Numbered from the stretch's first letter, positions 40,070 to 53,782 are shown. The stretch: 64,000 nt of DNA from Octopus sinensis (GCF_006345805.1 NC_042999.1:156550001-156614000); one strand, 5' to 3'. Program-made: numbers and translations. The notes: generated by a model from the sequence alone, not told the origin.

Positions 40070-41659
40070 AAACAGAGACTGTTGTAGTAACAATAAACAA
40101 CACTGAGGGCATAGAAATAAATGAGAACTTTCATTTGAATATGTTCGTTGATAATTTTATTTGCAGAGAGCTTATGACAATTTTCATTCAGTTCTTAGCT
40201 AATCAAGTAAATTATGTCTTTAAAAATATATTATTGACCTCATTTAAAATATTTACTGAAATTGTACTATTATGTGAGTCTTCAGCAATCTTAACTATAA
40301 AAACACAATTTTTAAAAACAATAAAAAATCTCTGAATAATGGTATTTGCAGCATAAAGGCATATGTTCAAATATATAAAAGAGAACTTTGTACGCATGAA
40401 TAACACTGTTTACTTTTTAAAGAATTTCTGTGTTTAAATATTTATGGACGTGCGTGTACCAGTCAATATAAATATTTTTAATTACTTGTGTTCATAAATC
40501 ATAGGCCATTTTTAATATTTTGATATTTCAAAGAATCTAAATAAATGTGCTTAGAATAAATGAAGGAATAACAAAGACAAGACAGACAAATTGCTCAGTC
40601 ATCGTGAAATAAAATAATACTACCTCATATATAACAACAGATGTTACTCAACCATTCATGCATGGGAAATGTGTAATAATCAAACGCATAATTCATTTAT
40701 TTTCCTTTCACAATGTATTGAATCCTTTAGGTAGTTGTGAATAACGATTTTATGCTAACTAATTTCTTTCTTGTCGTTTTATGATAATAGAGAAAATAGC
40801 GTGAAAACGAGTCGAATGGGTTTTATAAACCTAAACAAAAGTTTCTTACAATGCTTTGCTAGGCAATTTTTTTTATTGTGAAAAGACGTACTTTCGTTTC
40901 GATAATGAAAATATCGGCTAGATTTTTAAACAACATATTCTGTGATGAGTTTTGCTTTCAGTGTTTAACTGGAAATTACAAAAACTTATTTTGTTTTGAA
41001 TAGGTATTGACAATATTTTTTTAATTATTTAGGTTTTGAAAGATGTTAATTTTAAGCTCAAAAAGTCTCCAATCTATTTAATATAATTTGCTGTTATTGG
41101 TAGGATTTCTGTAAAGTTGGAGAGGCGTACACAGTTTTATAGCTGAAATATAATGATCCAAGATGCTTTAACAAACTTGAAAAAAAATCAAAGAAAAATG
41201 TGCCTATGGGACAACTAATTGATTTCATCAACTTTTAATGAATATTAACATTTAAGTTAAAAGGAGTCGTTGTGATGAGCGAATCAGCTTCAAGTTCAGT
41301 TCTATCGGCAAATTTTGATTTTCTTCACCTCAGTTTTGTCAAAATAGTTGAAAATATTTCATCTATTTTTTTTTACATAATTTGGCTTTTGAGGCAAACC
41401 AAAAGAACCGTCCACTGCTTCAATTAAATATTTTATAGAATTTTTCTACTCGGTATATTAGATTTTAATACGTTTTATTAAATCAAACTTCTTAACAGTT
41501 CAGTTAGAAGTCTGAAGGGCATAACAATCCTCGTTACTTGCATAAATTCTGATTATGCCATCGTTTCATACTGTAGTATGAACATTTTGACTGGAATAGA
41601 AACTTAATTTTTTTAATAGCAGACACTCATCTAAGTCCAAAGGTTAACATTATACTGGT

Positions 41660-41890
41660 TTCAAATTTTGGCACAAGTCCAGTAATTTCGGAGAGGTAAA
41701 TCGATTACATTGATCCGCAGTGCTCAACTGGTACTTATTTTATCGACCCCAAAAGGGTGAAAGGCAAAGTCGACCTCGATGGAATGTGAACTCAGAAAGT
41801 AGACAAATGAAATGTCGCCAAGCATTTTGCCCGGCTTTTTGCCCAAGCATTTTGCCCAAGCATTTTGCTCAAGCATTTTGCCAGCTCGCT
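41660..41890 (-). mobile_element. Diverged SINE family C relative with internal (AGCATTTTGCCC)-like tandem expansion
   Basis: AAGGCAAAGTCGACCTCG core; ~5 repeats at 41820-41882. Confidence 0.65.
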
Positions 41891-42600
41891 GCATTTCAAA
41901 GGCTAACATTATATTGATTTTAATATTGTTTGTTGCTTTCCTAAATTACATTTTCTTAATTAAAAGTGTGTGTGTAAGATTTTTGTTGATCGTAAATAGT
42001 CAAGATTGTAACTGGGGTGCTATAAGAGAATTTAACAAACTTAAAGTTTGATTTTATTGGAAGCAGCTGCTCTTGAACGGAAAAAGGTGCTAGTGTACTT
42101 AAATTTACATTACTACAACTATTTTTATAAAAGGAAGGATCATATCCTTAACGCTGTTAAAGAAAAAAAATATGTGATCAGAGGCTCTACAAATAAGTTG
42201 TAGTTATTTTCTTAGAATAAAGCAAGTATCCTTTCTCATAGTCAAACTCCTGATAATTAAAGTACTTTAGTAACCAAAGAGGCATAAGCAGGACACACAA
42301 CCACAACAAACACTACCTCTTAGAAGTGAATCAATACTCGAAGAAAAGATGCAACAAATCTCAAACAGAATTCATACAAATTGGAAAGTAACATTTATTA
42401 TGGCTAAATGGAGAGCGGATTCCATAAATATCAAACATCAAGAAAACAGATTCTGTGGACTCATAGAAAATATGTCTGTAAATTGATTTCACTGTATATT
42501 TGGCAGAGCTGTAACCTTCTAGAAAAATTAAACGTAAACAATCCAAAGCAGAAAAGTATTTCGTTCTCTTCTCAGTTTGTTATCCTCTTCACACGCAGGA

Positions 42601-43009
42601 TAATTATGTGTGACAATTTCATATGACACCGCTAGAAAAAACTGCCGTTCAAACCGAAAAGATCCATTCTTTTTTATTGGTTCTACAATAGTCGAACTTC
42701 GTTACACATATGATAATTGTTCATTGGTAGCCTAAGGAAACAATCACAGACCATTAAGAAAATTGTGCACACAGACAAATTTATACTTTAAATATGTGGT
42801 TCCGCTGGTGACTAATGGGCCCAGCGCTTGATAAACATTCCTGTTAATAGACATTGCAGACCAAGCTTCCCCTATTCCCTACAATGGCGGTATATTTTCG
42901 AGCAGCTTGCTTAAATTCTGCATGCAAACTGTATGATTTTTTGAAGACACCCACTCTTTCCTTTACTTGTTTCTTCCACCTTAAATTATTACACTACCTG
43001 CAGTGATTT

Positions 43010-43073
<64 letters not shown>

Positions 43074-44030
43074 AAATCACTGCAGGTAGTGTAATAATTT
43101 AAGGTGGGTTTTATTTAAGTTTTGTCTTTTTCTGTGTTGGCTTCGTTAGAGGTTGACCTTTTCCAGAGCTCTCGTAACTTTTGCAGGGAAGGAAGAAGTA
43201 GACTTCAAAGCCGAGATCTGGCATAAATGCTTTGCAATGGAGTTAACTACGTTAAATAATCTGTAGGGCATCGGTTTAAGTGTAACACCACGAAACAAGT
43301 TTCATCGTATTTATGGACTTCAACTTAGTCTACATCTCCCAAATTTTACTCGGAAAGCTTTAGTGATCCTGGATACATTGTAGAACACACTTTACGAAGC
43401 TGCTGCACCTTGTGGAATTGAATTTGAAACCATATATTTGCGAAGCAAACTTCTTACCTACACGGCCTGCATGCGTTCATTGTGGAGAGCGTGTCATCTT
43501 ACTTTTTCATATACGAAAGGTCATCCTCTAACGAAGCCAACACAGAAAAAGACAAAACTTAAATAAAACCCACCTTAAATTATTACACTACCTGCAGTGA
43601 TGTCAAATATATATATATTTGAAATCACTGCAGGTAGTGTAATAATTTAAGGTGGAAGAAACAAGTAAAGGAAAGAGTGGGTGTCTTCAAAAAATCATAC
43701 AGTTTGCATGCAGAATTTAAGCAAGCTGCTCGAAAATATACCGCCATTGTAGGGAATAGGGGAAGCTTGGTCTGCAATGTCTATTAACAGGAATGTTTAT
43801 CAAGCGCTGGACCCATTAGTCACCAGCGGAACCACATATTTAAAGTATAAATTTGTCTGTGTGCACAATTTTCTTAATGGTCTGTGATTGTTTCCTTCGG
43901 CTACCAATGAACAATTATCATATGTGTAACGAAGTTCGACTATTGTAGAACCAATAAAAAAGAATGGATCTTTTCGGTTTGAACGGCAGTTTTTTCTAGC
44001 GGTGTCATATGAAATTGTCACCCATAATTA
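42601..44030. repeat. Large inverted duplication (arms 42601-43161 and 43516-44030)
   Basis: Arms nearly identical apart from (TA)n length; each holds ~65 bp of a TIR-element end and a nested palindrome. Confidence 0.92.
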
Positions 44031-44382
44031 TGACCCTAGTATCGATCTATTGCATTTCAATCTGTTTTAGGGTTAGGGTTAGGGATGGGTGGAAGGGTAT
44101 CTTTTTTCTTCACAAATGTAAATAAACCCAATCTGTTTCTTAAACGAGGGACATATTCATACGGCACAGAATGTTTTTTTTACCGCAATACACGTCACTG
44201 ATTGGTTGAAATTGCAGAAATTGAGGAAAAAAACAACAAATATCTTACAAACTATAGAATTTTCTGAATAAAGCCAAGAGAAAAAGATGTTTTATAAACA
44301 CATTCTACCAGTATACGAAGTTTAAAAGTGTTTAGTTACGTGGAAATTATGTTAAAAACTGTCGTTCAAACCGAAAAGATCC
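43966..44382 (+). mobile_element. TTAGGG-containing TIR element, full copy
   Basis: 29-bp TIR GGATCTTTTCGGTTTGAACGGCAGTTTTT; (TTAGGG)3 near 44067; no flanking direct repeat seen. Confidence 0.9.
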
Positions 44383-45824
44383 AAAAGCAGCAAGAAGAAA
44401 TTGTATGCATGTGAGCTTGCAGTTGTAGTGTGTTGTCGCCTGAATCTATCCTAATTAGTTAAATAGTCTTCTTTGGGATGTAATATAAAATATAAGTGTG
44501 TGCAGCACCACCGTGCTTTCGTGTTTGGTTTACCTGAGCTTAGCTGAGGTTCAGAAAATGATCATGGCCGAAGTAATTCCTTTGTGATAGAGCCATCATC
44601 AAAGACTGGATTGCAAGGATGCCTTGCGCTTGTAGCGTGTGTTAATTGTATTTTATTCATAACTAGGGAATGTGAAAAATCATTTGTGCATTCGTAATCT
44701 CGGATATCTAAAACGTAGGAATCCGAAAATCTATTTTCAAAAAACAGCATTTTTCAACGAAGGTGCGGAACTACATTAGTCCTGAAAAATACAGTTGTAT
44801 ATCCTTGTGATTGCAAAAGAAATGTTCCCTAATCACTATTTATTTCACGATACTTTATATTTTAGGAGTACTCTTTGAAAACAAAAGAGAAATAATGATA
44901 TCTCATTATATTACACTATGGCCGACTGTTGTGCTAATTTATAACTTGGACAAATAGCGACATTGTATTTATAAAACTATTCCCATGCGTAAAAACAAAA
45001 TTAGAAACAAAATATCTTATCAGCTCTAATCTTACATTGTCTGTAGATAAATGTTTTAGTTTCAAAAGTTATTTCAAATGAAAACAAAACGAAACAGTAT
45101 CAAATATCAAATTCGATGGAAATAATTATCCAAACCGTCTTACTTGGACAGGATCTTGTAAATAATCAATAATATTATTTAGCAGAGATAATAAGCCAGC
45201 ACATTGGTCGCATATTTATTTTCTGCCCGATATTTTCAACTAATTTTGGTTGCAAAAGTAGTTCGTAATCTGTATTGTTTTCTGAGGATTAATATTTAAT
45301 TTTGTTAAGTTCTATCAAATATCAATATATTGTTTAGAACAGCGGTTCTCAAACTGATAAATACCAACCCACAATCCAAAATATTAATGAAATTGTTTGC
45401 ACTTTGTTTATAAGGAAATAAAATTTGGTTTACAAGCGTATAATTCCTCTTTCTTCACCATGATGTTGAATATATTTCAAAAGTTTTAAACCATCTTAAT
45501 GTGTTTAAACAAGGAAAATGTTCCGCCCCTTGCTAAAATCCACATCCCCGGAGATATTGCCACCCCTTGAGAAACTAATTTTAAAAGATTTTAATCAAGC
45601 AGGAAAATATTTGGCTGATAAACCTAAGACAATTCTTCAGTTTGGAATTAAAATTTGTTGTTAATCTTCACAATTATCCGAAAAGTAGATTGCTTTAAAA
45701 CTTATACAAAGTTAACTTTGCATTAACGTCATGGTCTTATGAATCAATATAACTTTAAAACGAGGCAGTATTATTTTCCTTATGCTTGGCTTTATGCTCA
45801 AGTTAGAAATAATGGTAATGTATT

Positions 45825-46051
45825 TTTTTATTACCCACAAGGGGCTAAACATAGAGGGGACAAACAAAGACAGACAAAGGGGTTAAGTCGATTACATCGA
45901 CCCCAGTGCGTAACTGGTACTTCATTTTTCGACCACGAAAGGATGAAAGGCAAATTCGACCTCGGCGGAATTTGAACTCGGAACGTAACGACAGACGAAA
46001 TACGGCTACGCTTTTCGCCCGGCGTGCTAACGTTTCTGCCAGCTCGCCGCC
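45825..46051 (-). mobile_element. SINE family C, full length (diverged relatives follow to ~46445)
   Basis: Reverse complement of 31520-31750. Confidence 0.85.
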
Positions 46052-46570
46052 TACCGTGTGATGCGAAATAACGAGAGTTGGTATTGGACAACACACCGTT
46101 CTTTCAATATATGGAAGATGTATCGACTACGGAATGATGAAAGGCAAAGTCGACCTCGGCGGCTTTTGAACTCAGAAATAAAGGGCTAAAAGAAAGGTCT
46201 CTAAACATTTTGTTTGGCGCAGTAAGTTTGTGTTGGCTCCCCACCTTAATAATGACAATAATGGTTTCAGAAGTTGGCACCAATTCCAGCAGTTTTAGAG
46301 GAGGAGTAAGTCGATTACATTGAACTCAGTGTTCAACTGGTGCTTTATTTTATCGACATCGAAAGGATGAAAGGCCAATTTGACGTATTGAGTCGGAAGA
46401 AATGTCGCTTAGCATTTTGTCCGACGTGCTAACGGTTCTGTCAGTCCCGATTTACTCCCGTCAGTAAGTGAAAACATGGATAAAACACTTCAGATAAGTT
46501 GTAAAATCATGCGTCAGAAAGATACCAGAAAATTATGTACCTGTAAATAGACCTGGTAAACCCCAAATTC

Positions 46571-46941
46571 GGATCTTTTCGGTTTGAACGGCAGTTTTTT
46601 CTAGCGGTATGATATGAAATTGTCACCCATAATTATGACCCTAGTATCGATCTATTGCATTTCAATCTGTTTTAGGGTTAGGGTTAGTTAGGGTTAGGGT
46701 TAGGGTAAGGGGTGGGGGAAGGGTATCTTCTTTTCTTCACAAATGTAAATAAACCCAATCTGTTTCTTAAACATATGGCACAGAATGTTTTTTTTTACCT
46801 CAATAGACGTTAGTGATTGGTTGAAATTGCAGAAATTGAAGAAAAAACAACAACAAATATCTTACAAACTATAGGATTTTCTCAATAAAGCCAAGAGAAA
46901 AAGATGTTTTATAAACACATTCTACCAGTATACGAAGTTTA
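46571..46941 (+). mobile_element. TTAGGG-containing TIR element, truncated before second TIR
   Basis: Left TIR and TTAGGG array present. Confidence 0.88.
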
Positions 46942-46989
46942 CTTTGCAACTGAAATATCATAATCGACTGGCTGATATGGTTGCGTGAT

Positions 46990-48450
46990 GCACCGAAATC
47001 CACAGAAAAGAAGCACCCTGTCAGCTTGATAGGCCACTCTTCTACTTGAACTTACTGAAGGAGTTAAGCAATTACGATCAGAATCTATTATCCATTACAT
47101 TGCAGGAAACCCTCTCTTTGAAACTATATTCAATTACTCTCCCTGACCTCATCATATGCCTACTCCAAGTTTCTACTTTTTACTCTCTTCAAATCCTGAT
47201 TGTCCAACGTTCCATTCAGCTCCTCAACATTTACCTTGGCGAATGCTATCCCCCATTGTCTCTCTTTTAACTGTATACATTAAGATTTCAAACGTCGTCC
47301 TTATCCTTTTCAACTCCTCATTCTTCGGGTAAACTCCAGATTTTTCTCCCCCATAGACGTGAAATACCTTCATTCCCGCTCTAACGACGGTCTATCAGCT
47401 TTAAAATATCACCTAGGCAGTTTCCCCTGCTCGAACCAACACTACCATCCTTTGCAACATAGCTGAACTCAATCTTACACACTATTCTGTCTCTTTTGGT
47501 GAGTTTCTTATAAGGACTAGATTGAAACCCTGAGCTTTTTTTTTAATTCAGAGGACCTATCTTACAGCTGCATAAACATCCTGCTGAGGACTGTATCAGA
47601 ACCATTTTACTTATTAACTACTTCATCTCATACACGAGGGCTTTCAACCTTTAAACTACTTGGGATTCACTTTCACCACATCCGACACTACCACCAGTTT
47701 TCTAGACATTTTTGTCGCTATCAGCAACATCTATCTGCTAACTGCCCACCACTATCTCATTTCAACTAATCTTCTAAAATCCCCGCACCAAATTCGCTAA
47801 ATCATTCTCCTAATTTTTTTCTGACTCTACCAGTTATGTTAGTAGGGACCACGACTTGCGTTCAAAATCCAAAGAGCTGTAATATTTTCTTCTTGTAGGT
47901 ATGGATGCTGCTCTTCACTTTACCGCGTACGAGCTGTCATCATATTCTTATCCCTCATGCACACACTTGAAGCCCTAATCACTTCCTTTTCACATTCCGA
48001 CCGATCAACCTCCTATTTAGAAGTACACTTCATTGGAGGTTTCATTTTCTCCTCTCTGACTCTCCAATTCCCCGGAGTCTTTAAGTCTTTCAAAAGAGAA
48101 AAAAATCTCGTCTGTCTTTTGCTTAAAACCTTTCTAATCCCAATCATACCCAGTCAACGATATGTATGCAAGTTTTACGTAAGAGAATCGAGGACGCCAT
48201 TTAGAGGTTGCTTCACCACTACATTCAGGGCAAACCTGTAGAACATGATTTGAGTTCGTCTGTAGTTTCCAAACATCACGCAAGAAATCTCCACACTTGG
48301 CACTGCTCCTCCTACAAGCCTAAAGGAACTAGTTTTCTTTACATAATCTATCCACCATTTTCTCTCAGCTTCTGAGTGTAAAGAACGCGAGGCATCGGCA
48401 TATTAACTCTCATTTTTTGTGCCATTCTGGTTCACTGACCCATCACTATA
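46990..48450 (+). pseudogene. Heavily decayed Penelope-like RT and GIY-YIG remnant
   Basis: Scattered motifs in the expected order across frames: NPDCP, DVKYLH..NDGLSALKYHL, IAELNLTHYSVSFGEF, FTT...TSFLDIFV, KFYVRESR. Confidence 0.5.
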
Positions 48451-48574
48451 CACCTTGCGCTTAGCTTTCCCTCCCCGACTTTATGATCTCACCAATCACA
48501 CACTCCAATATCTGTCTCTGACTCATCTTTATTTTTTATTCACACTTCACTTTGTTACTTTAGCCCCTGGTCTA

Positions 48575-49509
48575 CTTTTCTACTCTAGGCACAAGGCCCG
48601 AAATTTTGGGGAAGATGGCCAGTCGATTAGATCATCCCCAGTACGCAACTGGTGCTTAAACTATCGACTCCGAAAAGATGAAAGGCAAAATCGACAAGAC
48701 GAAATACCTATTTCTTTACTGCCCTCAAGGGGCTAAACACAGAGGAGACAAACAAGGACAGAGAACCGGATTAAGTCGATTATATCGACCCAGTGTGTGA
48801 CTGGTACTTAATTTATCGACCCCGAAAGGATGACAGGCAAAGTCGACCTCGGCGGAATTTGAACTCAGAATGTAACGGCAGACGAAATACCTATTTCTTT
48901 ACTACCCACAAGGGGCTAAACACAGAGAGGACAGACAAACGGATTAAGTCGATTATATTGACCCAGTGTGTGACTGGTACTTAATTTATCGACCCCGAAA
49001 GGATGACAGGCAAAGTCGACCTCGGCGGAATTTGAACTGAGAACGCAGCAGCGGACGAAATACCGCAAAGCATTTCGCCCGGCGTGCTAACATTTCTCAT
49101 TTCTTTATTGCCTACAAGGGGCTAAACACAGAGGGGACAAACAAGGACAAAGGGATTAAGTCGATTACATCAACCCCAGTGCGTAACTGGTACTTAATTT
49201 ATCGACCCCGTAAGGATGAAAGGCAAAGTCGACCTCGACGGAATTTGAACTCAGAACGTAGCGGTAGACGAAATACCTATTTCTTTACTACCCATAAGGG
49301 GATAAACACAGAGTGAACAAACAAGGACAGACAAACGGATTAAGTCGATTACATCGATCCCAGTGCGTAACTGGTACTTATTTAATCGACCCCGAAGGGA
49401 TGAAAGGCAAAGTCGACCTCGGCGGAATTTGAACTCACAACGTAACGGCAGACGAAATACGGCTACGCATTTCGCCCGGCGTGCTAACGTTTCTGCCAGC
49501 TCACCGCTT
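48575..49509 (-). mobile_element. Head-to-tail array of 4-5 SINE family C units
   Basis: ~170-210-bp repeats of CAAGGGGCTAAACACAGAG...GGCAAAGTCGACCTCGGCGG...GACGAAATAC. Confidence 0.9.
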
Positions 49510-49965
49510 CAGCCCCCTAGTCTACTGTTGAGATTCGTATTTAGTATCGTTATTCCCTTCCTCTTTACCCCCACCTCCTAGCATATATATTCTCATCTTT
49601 ACTGCATAAATGTTTTCAAATACACATAAGCTCTCTCTCCCTCCATCCCACTCTCCCTCTCTCCTTCGCACACGCGCGCTGCTCTTGCTCGCTCTCTTTC
49701 CCTCCCGCTTTTCTCTCTCAAACTTAGCGTCAGTATTCTCTTTTTCTACGACATATTTACGGACTTTACTGAATAATTTGTATCAGCAAAGAAGACCACC
49801 ACTTGTGACTTTTATTATGAGTATTCCTTTTTGTTCTCATCTTTTTCTCAAACAAAAAAATGTCATTTGGGGTAAGTTTCAAAAAAGCAACAACAATCCG
49901 GAAAGTAATGAAAGCAGTTGAATTAATAAAAATCTATTTTAAAATGTCTATATCGTTAAGTCGTT

Positions 49966-50380
49966 GGATCTTTTCGGTTTGAACGGCAGTTTTTAACATA
50001 ACTTCTAGGTAACTAAAAAATTTTAAACTTCGTATACTGGTAGAATGTGTTTATAAAACATCTTTTTCTCTTGGCTTTATTCAGAAAATTCTATAGTTTG
50101 TAAGATATTTGTTGTTTTTTTTCTCTTCAATTTCTGTAATTTCAACCAATCAAATACGTCTATTGAGGTAAAAAAAAACTTTCTGTGCCGTATGAATATG
50201 TCTTTCGTTTAAGAAACAGATTGGGTTTATTTACATTTGTGAAGAAAAAAAGATACCTTTCTCTCCAACCTAACCCTAAAACAGATTGAAATGCAATAGA
50301 TCGATACTAGGATCATAAATATGGGTGACAATTTTATATGACACCGCTAGAAAAAACTGCCGCTCAAACCGAAAAGATCC
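49966..50380 (-). mobile_element. TTAGGG-containing TIR element with 37-bp flanking direct repeat
   Basis: 49929-49965 equals 50381-50417. Confidence 0.92.
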
Positions 50381-51200
50381 AAAATCTATTTTAAAATGTC
50401 TATATCGTTAAGTCGTTTGTTAATATTGTTCACATGGTTATCCAAGCAAATTAAATTTTGTCTAGTTTTACAAAGTCGTTTTACATACTTATTTTATTAG
50501 ATTTTTGCGTTAATAAATTATTATTATTTTAAATATTTTACTTTACTTTATTACACACCCACTATGCGTAGTAGAAAAGACTGTCCAAATATTTTGCACC
50601 GACAGTTGTAGTGAATATAAAGTCGCTTGGAGATATGCTTTTTTCCAATTTAGTGTCGGCTTAAGTTGGTATGTACAAATAGACGTTAATCTCGTAGTGA
50701 TGATGAAGACAGTGACGATAATGGTGACGATGAAAACAGCGGCGACGATACTAAATCAGAGAAATAACAATCATAATTAAGATGAAAACAGACGTTAATC
50801 CAAGTATAAGACGGCAATAATGTGTACAGGTATTAACAACCACCATTTTGTGTTTCAAACTTTTCAATTTATACATCATTAAAATACGGTTTCTCCCATT
50901 CAATTTACCTCACGTTCTTAATATAATTAACATCATAAAGTAATATAAGTATGTAGGTCAATTTTTTTTTATCCTTAGAAAGGTTTCCTATTTGCTTTCT
51001 TTTGATTAAGCAACTTTATTGTCGAAGTAAAATGAAATACTGTAACATTTATGTAGTTACCGAAAAGTACCAGTGACGTTTGTAAGTCGAAATTACTGGT
51101 TCTGAAATCGGAATCAACTCAGAGGGTTTACTACTTCACTATACGATACTTATCCCCTGTAATTTTAAGAGTGATTTCTTCTGACTGAATACAAGACTAA

Positions 51201-51632
51201 GGATCTTTTCGGTTTGAACGGCAGTTTTTTCTGACGGTGTCATATGAAATTGTCACCCATATTTATGACCCTAGAATCGATCTATTGCATTTCAATCTCT
51301 TTTAGGGTTAGGGTTACTTAGGGTTAGGGTTAGGGGTGGAGGAAGAGTATCTTTTTTTCTTCACAAATGTAAATAAACCCAATCTGTTTCTTAAACGAGG
51401 GACATATTCATACGGCACAGAATGTTTTTTTACCTCAATAGACGTCATTGATTTGTTGAAATGGCAGAAATTGAAGAAAAAAACAACAAATATCTTACAA
51501 ACCATAGAATTTTCTCAATAAAGCCAAGAGAAAAAGATGTTTTATAAACACATTCTAACAGTATACGAAGTTTAAAATTTTTTAGTTACCTAGAAATTAT
51601 GTTAAAAACTGCCCTTCAAACCGAAAAGATCC
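51201..51632 (+). mobile_element. TTAGGG-containing TIR element with 112-bp flanking direct repeat
   Basis: 51089-51200 vs 51633-51744, about 6 substitutions. Confidence 0.92.
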
Positions 51633-52018
51633 GAAATTACTGGTTCTGAAATCGGAATCAATCCAGCGGGTTTAATACTTCACTGTACGATACTTATCCC
51701 CTGTAGTTTTAAGAGTGATTTCTTCTGACTGAATACAAGACTAATATTTTCAGTTGATGCGCATATATCAATGCTAATTTTATCAACTGTCTAGTGATTG
51801 CACCGTAAGACACCAGCTTTAGAATCTTAACGTTTGAGTATTTTTACCAAGGTTTTAAGCTAGCAACGGTGAAGTGAATTGGTTTCAAAAATATACTGAA
51901 ACCTCACTGGCATCTCAGTCTGCTGAAAGGTTACTTCTCGCAAGCCTTTTACGATCGCATTGCCTTTAAGTTTATACCAATTACAAATTAGGCTGCAAGC
52001 ACAGTAGGAAAAATTTTA

Positions 52019-52431
52019 GGATCTTTTCGGTTTGAACGGCAGTTTTTAACATAATTTCTAGGTAACTAAAAAATTATAAACTTCGTATACTAGTAGAATG
52101 AGTTTATAAAACATCTTTTTCTCTTGGCTTTATTCAGAAAATTCTATAGTTTGTAAGATATTTGTTGTTTTTTTCTTCAATTTCTGCAATTTCAACCAAT
52201 CAGTGAAGTCTATTCCTACATCATATTCTGTGCCGTATGAATATGTCCCTCGTTTAAGAAACAGATTGGGTTTATTTACATTTGTGAAGAAAATAAGATA
52301 CCCTTCCCCCACCCCTAACCCTAACCCTAAAAGAGATTGAAATGCCAAAGATCGATACTAGGGTCATAATTATGGGTGACAATTTCATATGACACCGCTA
52401 GAAAAAACTGCCGTTCAAATCGAAAAGATCC
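52019..52431 (-). mobile_element. TTAGGG-containing TIR element with ~91-bp flanking direct repeat
   Basis: 51927-52018 vs 52432-52521. Confidence 0.92.
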
Positions 52432-53402
52432 AAGATTACTTCTCGCAACCTTTTACGATCGCATTGCCTTTAAGTTTATACCAATTACAAATTAGGCTGC
52501 AATCACAGTAGGAAAATTTTAAAACTTCTGATAAACCAATTTCGTAGGAAGTTCTCTTGTCTAAGTGAAAATATTTTACCTCTTTACTATTCCTATCTTC
52601 TAACCCCTACGTATATAGCGCCTTTGTGACACGTCAAAAGTAATCGCTATGAGAAATTGTCGTGTATAAAAAAAAAAAGAAAGAAAGAAAACTGAAGCGT
52701 ACAAATGCTGTTTCGGTCTGCAATATCCTGTTAAAAAAGTTACTATTCTAGCCGACTGCATACCGACTAAATTTTAACTAATTGATTCTAAGAAAGAACG
52801 AAAAGCATTTAAAGAAAATAGCTAATAAATATTTCCTTTTAATTCTGTTATCATCGTGGTAGCATTACATGATATTTATCGAAAGTGGGGAAATCAAATA
52901 CTGATTTTTCACTAGAACAACATTCACTTTTCCATTTATTCATTAGTTACAGAAGAACGGCATTTTATTTTTAGAGCTTCGTAAAAATTAATATTCTTAC
53001 AAAATTAATATCTAAAGAAAAAAAAATGAAGCAATATGAATTGATGAATGAAAAAATCAAACGACAATATTGTAGTATATTAAAATTTAACTGCTTATTA
53101 TGCAGGTAACCTTCAGGAAAATTACTAAATTTCTACTGCGCGTTTTTGGGAAGCCTTTCTGGAAAATTAATATTGATTTCTAACATTAGCACATAATCAA
53201 AAATATTTCAGAAAAGGAATGTAGTAGATAATAGTGCTTGCTAAGTACTGATTATATAGAACAGGGCGGATCAAACGAAAGGTAAATTTAACTCAAAAGG
53301 TAAATTTAACCAAGTTTCTGCCGATATTTCATGAGATAAATACTCGCTGTAAAGAATTCATATATTTTTTTAACTATACTTTATTCTTCTTCGAATATAT
53401 GT

Positions 53403-53782
53403 GGAAGCACTCCGTCGGTTACGACAACGAGGGTTCCGGTTGATCCAATCAACGGAACAGCCTGCTCGTGAAATTAACGTGTAAGTGGCTGAGCACTCCA
53501 CAGACACGTGTACCCTTAACGTAGTTCTCGGGGATATTCAGCGTGACACAGAGAGTGACAAGGCCGGCCCTTTGAAATACAGGTACAACAGAAACAGGAA
53601 GTAAGAGTGAAAGAAAGTTGTGGCGAAAGAGTACAGCAGGGATACCACCATCCCTGCCGGAGCCTCGTGGAGCTTTTAGGTGTTTTCGCTCAATAAACAC
53701 TCACAACGCCCGGTCTGGGAATCGAAACCGCGATCCTACGACCGCGAGTCCGCTGCCCTAACCACTGGGCCATTGCGCCTCC
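53403..53782 (-). mobile_element. SINE family B, tail type 1
   Basis: TSD TCTTCGAATATAT; matches 35322-35690. Confidence 0.88.

Noticed and set aside
44060-44100. Telomere or chromosome-fusion site
   Set aside because: Only a few TTAGGG units, always at a fixed position inside the TIR element.
48575-49509. Regular repeats resembling a CRISPR array
   Set aside because: Units are ~190-bp SINE multimers with no unique spacers and no cas genes; eukaryotic context.
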